Below are positions 52,370-64,000 of a stretch of 64,000 nucleotides of DNA, piece after piece. This DNA is from Acanthaster planci (lineage: Eukaryota). Positions within the stretch are counted from its first letter, which is position 1, and each line of letters starts with the position of its first letter. The notes under the pieces are model-generated. The model was not told the origin of the DNA, searched no databases, and saw nothing but the letters and a program-made list of their open reading frames with translations. The stretch covers positions 868,961 through 932,960 of the forward strand of contig NW_019091358.1 in assembly GCF_001949145.1 (NCBI RefSeq), given 5' to 3'. Made by a program: the position numbers and the translations under genes.

Positions 52370-52676
52370 ATGAACGTTACGAGCACGACCGTCGGAAACT
52401 ACCCGCCGGTGCCCCTCGCCGCCTTCGATGTTACCGGGGTCTATCTGGGTTTTCTCACCTTGTTCGGTGTCTTCAACAACGCCCTCGTGCTTGTGCTGTA
52501 CGCTCGGTATACGACGTTACGAAATCCCATCAACGTGTTTCTTGTGAACATCTGTGTGGCCGATTTGAGTGTGGCGGTGTTCGGTACGCCTCTGACGTTC
52601 GTAGCCAATATTGCAAGGCGATGGATTTTTGGTGCAGGTGGCTGTACGTGGTATGCATTCATCGTAACAACATGCG
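52370..52676 (+). CDS. Ciliary-type opsin B, first exon copy 1b (N-terminus to mid-TM3)
   Basis: ATG at 52370. Encodes MNVT...FGVFNNALVL..LRNPINVFLVNICVAD..GTP..WIFGAGGCTWYAFIVTTCG. Donor g|gtgag is phase 1 at G121. Confidence 0.92.
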
Positions 52677-55600
52677 GTGAGTTTGAACAGAACGTTGGTA
52701 TTCTCACAAAGTGGCAAAAACCTGGAAGAGAAATGATTTCCCGATCTGCAGTTTTTTCTACCACTATGGTACATTTGATTCAAAGACCAAGTGGACACAG
52801 TTTCAAGGTAAAATGATGTTTACTTTGAAATTCATCGTAAAAAACACACATTTTACGAAAGCTCGGTGTCTGTGTTCCTCTGTTTTAACAAAAGGACACT
52901 TAGTCACCTCGTCAGCCCTGTTGACGAGGTGACTGTTCGTCAAAAGAGAGGCATTATATTCCGCAGGAATCAGGATGCAAGTGGGACTGGCGAACGATGT
53001 TGGACATAAATACGTGGTCGAATGTTCTCACAAAGTGACAAAAAGAGTGTACTATGTAACAACAAAACTGACGACCTCCAGGTTTTGTTCTGACGATGTT
53101 ATAAAGGTTTTTAGTGAATATCTTTTCAATGAAAATACTATATCTGGAGCTAAGCGTGGATTAGCTTTTTAAAAACCTTGTATTTCATGACTGTGCATGA
53201 CATTTCTCTATCCGCAACAACCAATTAAGTCGACAATGCGTAGTAAAATGAGGATTATCATCCACAGTGTTCTCTTGGAATATCTAGTTTGCAATATTTG
53301 ATCATAGACGAATCCCTGGAAAGGGCTGTTAGTAAATACATGACAACGGGTGCTATGTTTTATAGGGCACAGATGCACAACAGGATTGTTACATTTCAGT
53401 TGTTTGACAAGGGCCTGTTGTGTTCAGAAAGCTGTTAGTTTTTGTATATTGCAAGGTTATTACTGCCATAAAGTACCTATGACGAGTAGAATAGACTTGG
53501 CCACAACTTAATACCTTGGTCGTATTGATTGGGTCTGTTTTTTTACGGTACAGTCGTGTGTTTCCTACAAGTGGCTGCTAAGACTATAATTGCACACCAG
53601 TGAAAATAAAAAGAATAATTCGCAAAACGTTAATAAAAATCCCACGAAGCTATCGGGACACCAGAAAACAACTACTAAATACCCGTGTTAGAGTTGTACC
53701 CCAGAGTATACTCGGTCGGTACTCGATCATCAGTGCTCGAAAATTAATTGTACTTGGCTCGTACTCGATTCTTTGTTCTCGGCTTTTGGGCGTACTCGAC
53801 CTTAGGTACTCGGTTCTCGACCCTTGTACTCAAGAAACATTCTTGTACTTCACGTTTTTGTTAATTTTCGTTTCGGGCGCTGGGTGACGAGTGAAGATTG
53901 TATTGCTCAACCTTGAACATAACGCCACCTGACACAGCGGTTTCACAATATATGAGTCTTTAACACATACAGAATGCTTACCGTTCCCCGGGTACAACTA
54001 CAAGGAGCCTTTGAGCTAGTCTAGTTTCCGCCTCAGCAGATTTTACTCTAGGAAATGGTAGCGCTGTTATGATCCGAGCTCATGCTCCTTGAGCGTAGCA
54101 GCACGTGGACTGACACTGACAGAGGGTTTCTTGCACTTTTTTGTAGATTTTTCATAGTTGACGTTTTCGGCGACTTATGATATGCAATTTTTTAGGCCAA
54201 AAAAGAGTTCTGGTTCTGGTTTTCCAACCGACCCTAATTATTCGGCGCAACCCTAAAATCTTTATCGGCAAGTTAGAAAAAATAATTTTAGTTTCAAATG
54301 AAAAAAACCCTGTTGTCTTTTCGGTCTTCCTTACACTACACAGTTCACGCACGCAGCTCTACAGCTGTATACGTCGTTAAAACATCGATGCTGCAGTAAG
54401 ATTTCCAGAGCTCGATCTCTTGTCTATTTTTTCAGTGTTCATGACTTTAATATGAGGTTGTATTGCTCGTAGGCCGTAATTCGAAATGCTTTTGCAGACA
54501 TTGGATGTTTGTCAAAGCAGTCTTCCAAAAGTCCTTGGCATATTAATTATCTGCGACAACCGGGAAGGTTTAAAATCTACCCTTAATGCGTTGTCCGGAA
54601 ACGAGCGATTCAACGCGTTATTGCACGGAAACGTAGCGACCAAGTCTCATTGTAAGAGATTCCTGTACGAAACTACAAACTACGGACGCATAAATGCCCA
54701 TCCTTGGTACCGCGTTATTGAGTTAATTTATCGTTGAAACAGGGAAGCATACACTGGATAACACTAATTTCAAAAATAAAATTATCCCCCAAACACAACG
54801 ATAACGCTTTGTGGAAACACTGATTTCAATGATAATATATCTCTGAAATGCACACTTCAAAGATAAGGTATCTCTAAAACACGGAATTCAACGATAATGT
54901 ATTTCGGAAAACCGGAACCAACTGCACAACACCAGGGTATCTTTTATTTTATCACAAAAATACAACAAATCATACAATTAAACTTGATGTATGGAACAAT
55001 CAACAGTCAACATTGCGTGTAAAGATGCACCTTTTTATAACCGTATTTCCCCGTGACGTTTTGGGGTCACCGGTATGTAATACACAATGAGTGTTTCTGG
55101 AATCGGCGAAAAAGCTGCTCGCAGAAACCCATTTTGGGGACATGTTTTCGATGATGAATGAGAAAACTGTGCTATTTATTCGTGTTAATTTTGGAGGATA
55201 GTCTTGTCATCTGTTGTTTATAGGTTATAGTTGGGGGAAGTGGATTCTTTACCCTGCCTCGTTGCTATTATTGCTTGACTGAAGTGCTTGAATGATGTGA
55301 ATTCAATATATTTGTATTGCTATAGCCAATACGCTGAGTAAATATCACAGTAATGTAATGTACCGATGTACCGATGTTGGTAACATATTTAAATTTAATT
55401 TTATTCATGTTTGAATCAACATAGCATTCGCTTATGTATATATAGCTCAATTCAGCATCACCTATTTATGTTTAAAACTCGCTCATTCAGTACATTTGAT
55501 ATTTTTAAACATCATAGTAACAGCATCATGTTGATAGTTTCAAGTTAAAATGATGGAGCTAACATGATACATCATACAAATATTATACCAAAACATTTGA

Positions 55601-58600
55601 CATGTTCTTCAAACATTTTATGGATGTTTGAGTTGGCACAACTATTGTTGAATGTCAAATATTGAAATGGGGCCTCATGTTGTCGGTCGGATTGGGCACA
55701 AAGAGTTCAGTATTTAGGGGACTGCATATTTCATAGCATTATGGAACCTTACTTTGAGCTTTTTGAGTATTATGGGAATATGACTTCATAAAAACATGGC
55801 TCTAAAGTTTCGAAAAAATCATAAAGATGTCATAAAAATGTTTGTAAAACCATGCCACTACAGTATAAAGAAAACATCATTTAAAAATATGACAACACTG
55901 CCATTGAAACATCTTTTCACGCTATTTAAACATTAGAAAGACGTTGTGCCAAAATTATCCCTTAAATGTCATGAAAACGTTTCTATGACTATGTCACCAT
56001 AAAAATTTTTGTAGTCTATACGTTATTAAAACGTCAATGTGTTTGCTGGGTAGAGATTCAAAATCAATGATGTGTTTTTGCGACAGCAAGACGCGAGAAT
56101 GCGCTGTTGACGGCGTAAGTGGCTATATACGGACCCAGTGCGGGCGTTTCACAATAGTCCAACTCCAAGATGCAACATGTTGGCCAGTCACAATGAGCGA
56201 AAGGTTTCGACCTTTTCCATTCGCGCCTTGCCGGTCGACACGTCCGTTGTAGACGGTAAATCCGTCCTCCAGTAAAACTGTCGGGGGGAGGGACAGAATT
56301 ACCGACAGGTAAAAGCGCCCCACTGGCCAAATCAGTCCCCCTTAAGGTAATTTTGCCCCCCCCCCCTCTTTTGCCACACAGAAGTTGTAATTTTCGTGTT
56401 GGGTTTACGAATTCAGTCGACATGAAATGCAGTTAGGTCTTTTTGGCCCTTCATCAAGTTGTCAAAATCGGAGGAATGTGAGATGTAAAATCAACTGAGC
56501 TATGTTTCAAATGGGAAAAGGTAGCAATCCGTGTTCTGCAGACCTCTTACACGCGTAGTAATTCTCAGTTTTGCAGCAGCGCCGCATGGGGATTACACGT
56601 ACAACGACGGCTCAAATTTCTCATCTGGCATCTTGCCATCTCGTCGAGCCGCAACGCACGAATCATGGTCGAAGGATTGTCCAGGATAGCACTCCTCATC
56701 CAATGGCCGTGCTTTGACTTAACGAGCATTCAAGAAAAAGCACGCTGTCTGTCCAAACGCTGCGCGGGAAAGCAGTTGAAATAAACTGATTTACAGTCTG
56801 GGTCAGACTTGTGGCATCTCACGGGAGACACATTTCCCGGGGGGGGGACAAGTTTACCGTTTAGTAAGGGGGACAAATTTACCTGGAGGGGGACAAATTT
56901 ACCCAGGTAAAACACTTTTACTGGGATGCAATTCGTTAAAAGTGTCCGGGGACATTTACTGGGGGGAACAGTTTTAACGTTTTCTCTTGGCGGCAGACTA
57001 CATGCATTGTGAAACACCCATATTAACAATGGCACACATGCGACACGTTAGTAATGGCATTCCGCACCGTTTACATGCGCGCTTTCCCATGAGCGTCGAG
57101 CTGGATCAAGAGAGGGCGTGATTTTCCTATCAACGGAGGCTCATTTAGTCGGAACTGAACTTAGCTTGTGCACGAACGAGTATGAATGCAAGCGTTACGG
57201 TCGCCTCGCACCAACACAATAGGACACTCTCCACCGATATGGCTCTTTTCAACCAATGAGGGGGTGCTTCTGCTCGAGGCGGATAGGCTTTGATATACCC
57301 GTGTCCCACCTCACTGCTATGGGAACGCGCGCGTTGTCGATTTTGTATGGATTTGAGGTAAAATCGAAAACCAAACCAAAAGGTGATATTTCTGCAAACT
57401 TTGGCCGCCCACATAAATTGCATGCAAAGGGACAGTGGTCTATAGTGTTTGGTCCCAATCATCGGGTTCGTTCAACCGACAGTATCCTGAGTGTCTACTA
57501 GAAGTGAAGTGGCCGCAATCGCTGGCTAAGGGTTGCAGGCAAGTAATTAAGCTCCAAATTGCCTGCGCGACCAAATCACAATTCGCATGTCCTCAAAGAC
57601 TAAAATGGTGTGGAAGCCACCATCAGCAGGACTGCAAGTTACTTATGAGAAACCTTAACAAAACAGAAATCTCCCCATGGCTCTATTTAGGTGTCAGTTT
57701 TCAAAATAGCTATGGGCTTCCAGACTATAGTGTAGGGACGGCCTTATGCTTGTGGGATGGGAATATCTTCAAAGTCAGTGGTTAATCAAGCAAAAAAGAA
57801 CAGGAAAAAGAGAGACCAGGAAATCAGCTTAAATAAGTGTGACTCTTGAACGCCCGAGAAACCAAGGCAGCTTATTTACTAATCTGCAACCATTTGAACG
57901 AGTGATGTTACATGCAGCCGCCCCATAACTCTTGGACACTGCCCGAGAAGGCTCGGTGGTCGCACAGCTCTCTCGTGGTTGCTCCTTCAAAATCCGGGAT
58001 TATATTCACAGGCAGTGTGATGACTATATTGTCACCTTGGGTTCAGCGCTAAATTTACGCGCCAAGGAAAGGAGCCACTTTTCGATTTCACTTGATTCTT
58101 TGAGTATAGGGTTCTTATCTCCTCTAATGCCATTGCAATTTCCTGTCCACCTTTGTAATCGATTGAGGGAAAATGGACCCCTCAAACACGATTTCACCTT
58201 GCACTGAGACGGGCCAGCTGCATCAGGCCTTTTCTTGTAGATAAGATCGGTAATGCCAGTAGGACGAAATTAACGAAAGGATCCATCTGGTTTGTCTGTA
58301 CTGGACCCAGGGAGTCCACAATAGCAGAAGACAGCCTTCAAATCATCCCCATTATTGGCAGCGAAAACTCTCTTGACAGTGGTAATTGGAGTATACCGCT
58401 TCCAGATTCTGATCAAGCTTTGAAGGATGTGAGATTTAAAGTTCATTTTACCATTGAATTCAGGAACAGCTGATTTCGGCGTGTTATTGACGGAGAGCTG
58501 TCCTCGTGTCGAACAGGGGCAGCCTCCGTAATAGATGGAGAATGAATATGCAAATCCCCCAGGACGCCTTGAATGAAGAATTTAATTTATAACAGAGTGT

Positions 58601-59308
58601 CTGTTGTATGCGGCTTACCATTCCTACGGGAATTATGAATGATAGTACCGATATGAACGGTGTTGGGTTACGGTAAGAAATGAAGGAAAGAAATATAGCT
58701 ACACTACAGTAATTTATGTCATGGAGCTTTGATTAGTCCCGGCTAGTTCTACACCCACACAATAATAAAATGCACACTGAAGTCAATCCATCGGTCCTGT
58801 ATACGGACCTCTCCAGTGGTAAAAATAACAGTGTCCCTCAGCCGATATTGCGTCGATTGCCAGAAGGTTCAGTTGCCAACGCAATTTGCTGTAGCAAACA
58901 AGCAATCGGAAGCAGACAGTTTTCTTTTCTTAGGAAATTTGAAACTCAGTTGTGGGGACGAAAACTGTCCTTGCGACGAATTTGTCACCACAGCTACGGC
59001 GCCAGTATGGGGAGGGTGTTTTCTCACGCTGCATGTTGGTCAGCAATCTCCTAACGGTTTCCTGGTAACGGTCTCATTCTCCTCAAATCACGTTCAACAA
59101 AACGGCGGAATTTACGCGTCTACATTTCTCATTAGAACAACTAGTGATTTTTCACTTGTTAGACTTTGATACGTTGGTGTTTCCCCAAGTCGTTCTCGGT
59201 AACACTGTGAAGGATAGGGAATCATCCCGTCAATGGTGAACGTTCAAGAAATTGGCCATTAGTTTGTAGTTAATAACTCGTCTGTTTTGTGTTATCTCAA
59301 GCTTTCAT

Positions 59309-60091
59309 TTGAAGGCAGTGTATATAGGATTTGCAAGGTCTCAAAAACGGGACTGTCGAATTATCTTGAAATATCTTACTGTAAAGTAATTACATAATAG
59401 TGTCAGACAATCTGTGAAATCTTAACGCCAGGAATGCTGTCATTTTCAAGAAAAGAGAAATGTTCTGTTATTTTCCAAAGCGCGTCCGTTGGGAAATACA
59501 ATTCGTGCAAATATCGCAACCGATAACGGGCGCAACAAAAATGTGTGAAGCATTGACCTGCTGGAAGAGTCTATATCAACGGGTAATACAGTAACTGTCA
59601 ACGCCTTCGGTAAGCCTAAATTAATTAACTAAAGAAATAATACATAATCGTGACTGACAGTCTGAAGGATAATTTCGACTGGCTTAAGATTTAAGTTTGG
59701 TAGTTTACCTTAAGTAAATATATCATCTCGCTACCACTCTTTAAGATAATGGTATGGTCCACTGGCCGTTCCTTCGGAGCTCAGAACCGAAGCGTGGCTT
59801 CCTCGAACAAAACCTCCAATTTCGAGACATTTAGCTTTCTGTTTTCCAATAACCGTAACTCTCATGCCCAAAATACAAGGAGTTTTACCACATTTGTTTA
59901 GTAAGTGTTTTAAATGGGCACTGACGGTGTGTGGACAGTTTTTGACCTACGTATGTACGTGTGGAGAGCGAATAGTGACTGTGTGGTCGATCGTGCACGT
60001 GTACATATTCACATGTACATGTACATGGTTGCGCAGTGACTGAGGTGACTGCAGTCACTTTACTGCCCGATGAAACAACGTTTATTCGACA
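59309..60091. repeat. Dispersed repeat in opsin B intron 1 (copy 2 of 19279-20216)
   Basis: The same two blocks in the same order and orientation as 19279-20216. Confidence 0.75.
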
Positions 60092-60780
60092 GATTCTCGG
60101 CGTTGTATTGTTGAAGAGGAAAACAAACTTGAAGGTAAATTTGCTAACAACTAGTACTACGCGAAGCCATGGAAAAGTGCATTTTTGAAGGCCGTAATCG
60201 GTCTGCAGATCGACCTCGCCTGTGCATTAAGGGACGTCCTGTGGCCCATGGATTTTTGCGAAACAAATTACACGGGCTGCGCTTCGAGGGTTAATTAATG
60301 TCGATAACAAACCAAAACGCAAGGATTCTATTTCACTAGAGGCAGTGTACAGTATTAGCATTTTCAGCAATTTGTCAAAATTGGCCGATTTGGGGGCCTG
60401 TGATTTACTTTGCGTATCATTTCACGAACTGTTTTAATTTGTTGAGATCACGTGTGCTTTGTGAAACATCGATTAAAACGCTGTTCATTTTTAACCCTGA
60501 TGGTCGTCTTGTTATATTTTGAGTACGTGAAACAGAGACTTAGCCACCGCTATTCTCATGAAGCCCACTACCGCTAACACCTTCACCAGCACGTTTTCGA
60601 GGCCTATGCTTCTGTAATAAGTGGACGCAAAATATTACGACATGCAAATTTCTTTTGACCATCACACGCAGGCCCCAACAGGCTGCCTTGCATGGGATTG
60701 CATGTACACTGTGTTGGGAATGTTAACATTTAAGACTTAAAGGTTTTCATGGTGAAAGGAACTAGATTTATAGTAAAGAT

Positions 60781-60930
60781 TGCGGTAACACCATGTATTT
60801 ATCTCTTCTTTGAGTATGTGTGGTTCTGAGAAGAACCGGGGAATAACTCAACGTTTCGAACAGTGTACTCTGTCCGTCTTCAGGAGACTTCCTGAAGACG
60901 GACAGAGTACACTGTTCGAAACGTCGAAAT
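60781..60930. mobile_element. Penelope-type terminal repeat remnant with inverted duplication
   Basis: 60781-60840 resembles the end of the Penelope-like fragment at 2226-2285 (acaccatgt..ttatctc..tgagtatgtgtggttctga-aaga-ccggg) and is followed by a 35-bp perfect inverted repeat. Confidence 0.65.
60851..60928. ncRNA. Pair of minimal type-I hammerhead-ribozyme-like motifs, one per strand
   Basis: Plus strand: ttc-CTGAAGA-c-ggacag-agtaca-ctgttc-GAAAC-GTC-gaa. Minus strand: ctc-CTGAAGA-c-ggacag-agtaca-ctgttc-GAAAC-GTT-gag. Both have the core, a 6-bp stem II, a 3-bp stem I and the palindromic ACGT stem III region. Confidence 0.6.
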
Positions 60931-61213
60931 GTAGAAAAAAAATTAGGGGACGTAGGGAGCAGAACTAAAGAAAAATAGCAAACCCCGGTGAATTGCCAGT
61001 TGTAAAAGGAGATCGTTTACGGCCGACGAAGAATTGCATTGCGCGCTAGTCTTCACTCGTATACTTAAATTATCGTAGTTATCGCCTTGACTAAAGGCTA
61101 ATAACCGCATATTTCGCACGTGAAGGCTTCGAATGTGTAAGATAGGGTAATTGAACTAATTTTACTCACGTTCGTCTGAGCTGATCATACATTATTGGAT
61201 TCATTTCCCCCAG

Positions 61214-61408
61214 GAACCGAGCAGATTGTGTCGCTGGCTGCGGTGTCAGTCCACCGGTGCTGCCTCGTAGTGCGACCCTTCACAGCTCAGAAGATGACAC
61301 TGCGTTGGGCCCTGATCTTCATTTCTATGACATGGGCCTACTCCTTGATCGTATCCCTTCCTCCAGCCATGGGATGGAACTCTTATGTCTTGGAAGGAAC
61401 TGGGACAG
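61214..61408 (+). CDS. Opsin B exon 2 (TM3-TM4-ECL2); later exons lie beyond the window
   Basis: Acceptor ttccccccag| at 61213 and donor g|gttggt at 61408/61409; 195 nt, phase 1-1, the same as opsin A exon 2. Encodes TEQIVSLAAVSVHRCCLVVRPF...WAYSLIVSLPPAMGWNSYVLEGTGT with E181. Confidence 0.92.
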
Positions 61409-64000
61409 GTTGGTGTTTTTTCCTGTGCTATTGCTGCCTTGGCGTTAACTTAACAACACATCAATAACGCTTGAATTATGTGAAATGTTAACCAAGAACG
61501 TATTCTGCAGTGTCTACTCCTTTTAAATTTAATTTCACGTCTCTTTTTGTATACTCTTCACCCGAGGACGCTGCAGCTGTTAGTCATTCCAGAAAGACAC
61601 TGTTCATGGGGAGGGGGTCATTTCAACTTGTGAAGAGAAAATTTGGTCAATGGAGATAATCTGAGAAAACGTTGTTCTCTTGATTACATTCATGGAGTGA
61701 ACCAGTCCATTGGGGCGCATAGATATGCACTAGTGAGCCAATGGCCAGTCCACTTGCGCATATTACCTGCCTGTTTGTTTCGCGAAGATCGGGTTCGCTA
61801 TCAGCAATCCGAGGTTGGTTCACTGATACCAAAACCCGTCTAATGGACGGCGCGAACCAGCCTTGAGGCTACTGATCGAGATTGCTGGTTCATAATTCTG
61901 ATTGGCTAAAACACGGTCACGCGGGGTTAACTAACAGGCTAAGTTCAATGATGACCTAGCCACAAATGAAGAATGCTAATCCTACCTCGATTAAAACTGG
62001 CATTTAAAGTAATCTCACTCTTTTTTGGACGATCCATCTAAATATCGAAATCAACTTCCAATTTGCATTTTAAAAATAAATTACCGAACTAAAAGACCCT
62101 GAAAAAAAAAACGCTAAAAGATTTTAACCGAGGGATGTTTTGTCGAAGTCAAACTTCATCGCATCGGCATAGTTCAGGTTTTTGTTGTCTGTAGTGCCCA
62201 TCAAGTTGAGGTCATTTAGAATGTCAAGACCCTTGGAGCAAGCCTCACTGTCTGAGTGATGGCCATAGGCAGTTGTTCTGAGACTTCGCCTAGATTGTCC
62301 ATCGGTTGGAGAAAAGATCTGTCCCCAGCGGGCTTTGATTAGACCCTACTCTTGTGCCCGTCCAAGCAACATTAAGCCAGTGCTAACGCACGCCACTGGC
62401 ACTTTCCGGAATGTCATTTGCTCAGCAGACTTGGCAATTACGTCGTGGATCTTTGCTCTTTTTTTGGAGAGGAATCTGAAATTTGCGCGCTCAGATGCCA
62501 TTACGTCTGTCTAATGGAACAACCCACCGTACCAAACCCTACAAGCTTAGCGCAACAACCTCAAGCGTCGAATAAGATGCCAAACCGAATAGTATCCCAT
62601 AAACAAACAACGAAAGTTTACTTTCGAAAAAATTCGTGTATTTGTGTTTCTTTTTGCAAAATGACAGGAAAAAAATGCAATAAACTATGACACACACAAA
62701 ATGAAGTATTTTCGGCTTGTAGAAGTTTACCACCCAGAACTAACAAAAAAGAGAGGCTTCACAAAGAGACTTTGCTTAATGGTCATCATGAATATTTTAA
62801 ATTTCTTACTTCTCTCAAAGTCATTCAGTATAATGAATGTTTATGAATACAGTGGTAAGAATCTCATGGAGGTTATAGATTGTTATATTCCATGGAGCGA
62901 AGTGCAATAGAACATCCAGTCCAATTATACAACTCTAGAAACTTCTGGATATTTTCCTTGTGTTTATATAAATCGCTATTTTCCTTTCTCAGACCGACAT
63001 AAAATTGTGACACGTAGTTATCATGTTTTGAATCCTTTCAAAGGCGGATCTAGAGGCCTATCTTCCCCCCCCAAAAAAAAGAGGGGAGGCGATATTTTGG
63101 TATATTTCATCCTTCTCCCTCGGAAAAGGGTCTGAAAAGCCTCCAAAGGTAGCCTCAGCCCTCAGAAAGGCCGGTTCAAAAATTTGTGACTCCCCACTGA
63201 AAGAAAAAAAAAAAGATTCCCCAGAAAATTTAGTTTTGAACCCGCCCCTGAATCACTTGATGTTTTAAGAGATCATATCTAATTGGTCTCTTTATTTGAG
63301 AAGCATACACTTTGCTTACGAGTGCAGAAATCTCTCAGTGCGCTGTGCTGGCGTGCGCGTTGGTTTGACTAAAATGAGCCCCTTCACTGTTACATTTACA
63401 CAATTTGTGTGGTATTCTCCATGAAGTTGAATTATTTGATGTCACATGATCTGCAGTTCGCCAGTCATAATTACGACAGAGAATCAGGTTCAGTATAAAC
63501 ACACCTAGTAGCTTTATTCTTGTGACAGCTATGAAAATTCACCAGCTTCGTCCCAACGGGCTCCGTGAACGTCCCTTCACTAGCGCCGGGTCGCGTCATA
63601 CCGGTCATCTGGAAAAACAACACCGACTGGCCATTCATTTTAATGTAAATCGCTCTGCGCTCGCATGTGGTGAATATATGGTGCGCGCAGTTGACTGTAG
63701 ACTACACATTGATATCCAACCTTGTTACCATTGTTACAAGCTTAGTTTGCTTCCAAGCAACCTCGTCTCCCTGGTGCCGAGCAGTGTGCCCCAATGGCTA
63801 CCAGCTCTCACCCTTGGATTGAATCGTTTGCATATCCAACAATCTTGGATACGTATGTAAATGAATAGTCTGGTGCCTGGCCATGCGTTCGTTTCAGAGT
63901 GCACTCTCTGGTACTAACACATCACAGAGTAAATTCTCCGTGGCCTGTTAAATGGAGGAACGTGATTTTTTTTCAACGATAAAGAAACAAAATCTCATTC

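Noticed and set aside
50919..52676. A single protein containing both exon 1a and exon 1b (ten-TM opsin)
   Set aside because: The only good acceptor before 1b (52308) is out of frame with the 1a donor and hits a stop. Exon 1b also has its own ATG and N-terminal sequon.
61409..64000. Exon 3 of opsin B
   Set aside because: No acceptor followed by a C-S-x-x-W/TM5-like peptide was found. It presumably lies beyond the window, so K296 of opsin B is unverified.

Overview
This is repeat-rich, intron-containing animal genomic DNA. It is probably from an invertebrate deuterostome such as an echinoderm, but that is inferred, not shown. Three + strand genes can be built by hand from GT-AG splice sites with consistent phases. 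(1) The last four coding exons of a ZC3H14/Nab2-type tandem CCCH zinc-finger gene (1088-12843). (2) A complete five-exon, 372-aa ciliary-type opsin, called opsin A here (18451-39308), with K296, E181, Y113 and C110/C187 in bovine rhodopsin numbering and three canonical c-opsin intron positions. (3) The 5' part of a second tandem ciliary-type opsin, opsin B (50919 to beyond the window end). The standout feature is that opsin B has two intact, diverged copies of exon 1 (N-terminus to mid-TM3) 1.1 kb apart. Each has its own ATG, N-glycosylation sequon, TATA-like box and phase-1 donor, and both precede a single exon 2, which suggests swappable alternative first exons. Both opsins have non-canonical E/DRY motifs (QRF, HRC), and opsin A has HDK in place of NKQ. 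Introns and intergenic DNA hold a decayed full-length Gypsy LTR element, a Penelope-like fragment, an L2/CR1-type LINE fragment, several MITEs (some nested) and a perfect 35-bp palindrome of hammerhead-ribozyme-like motifs. Coordinates and identities were read by eye and no database searches were run.
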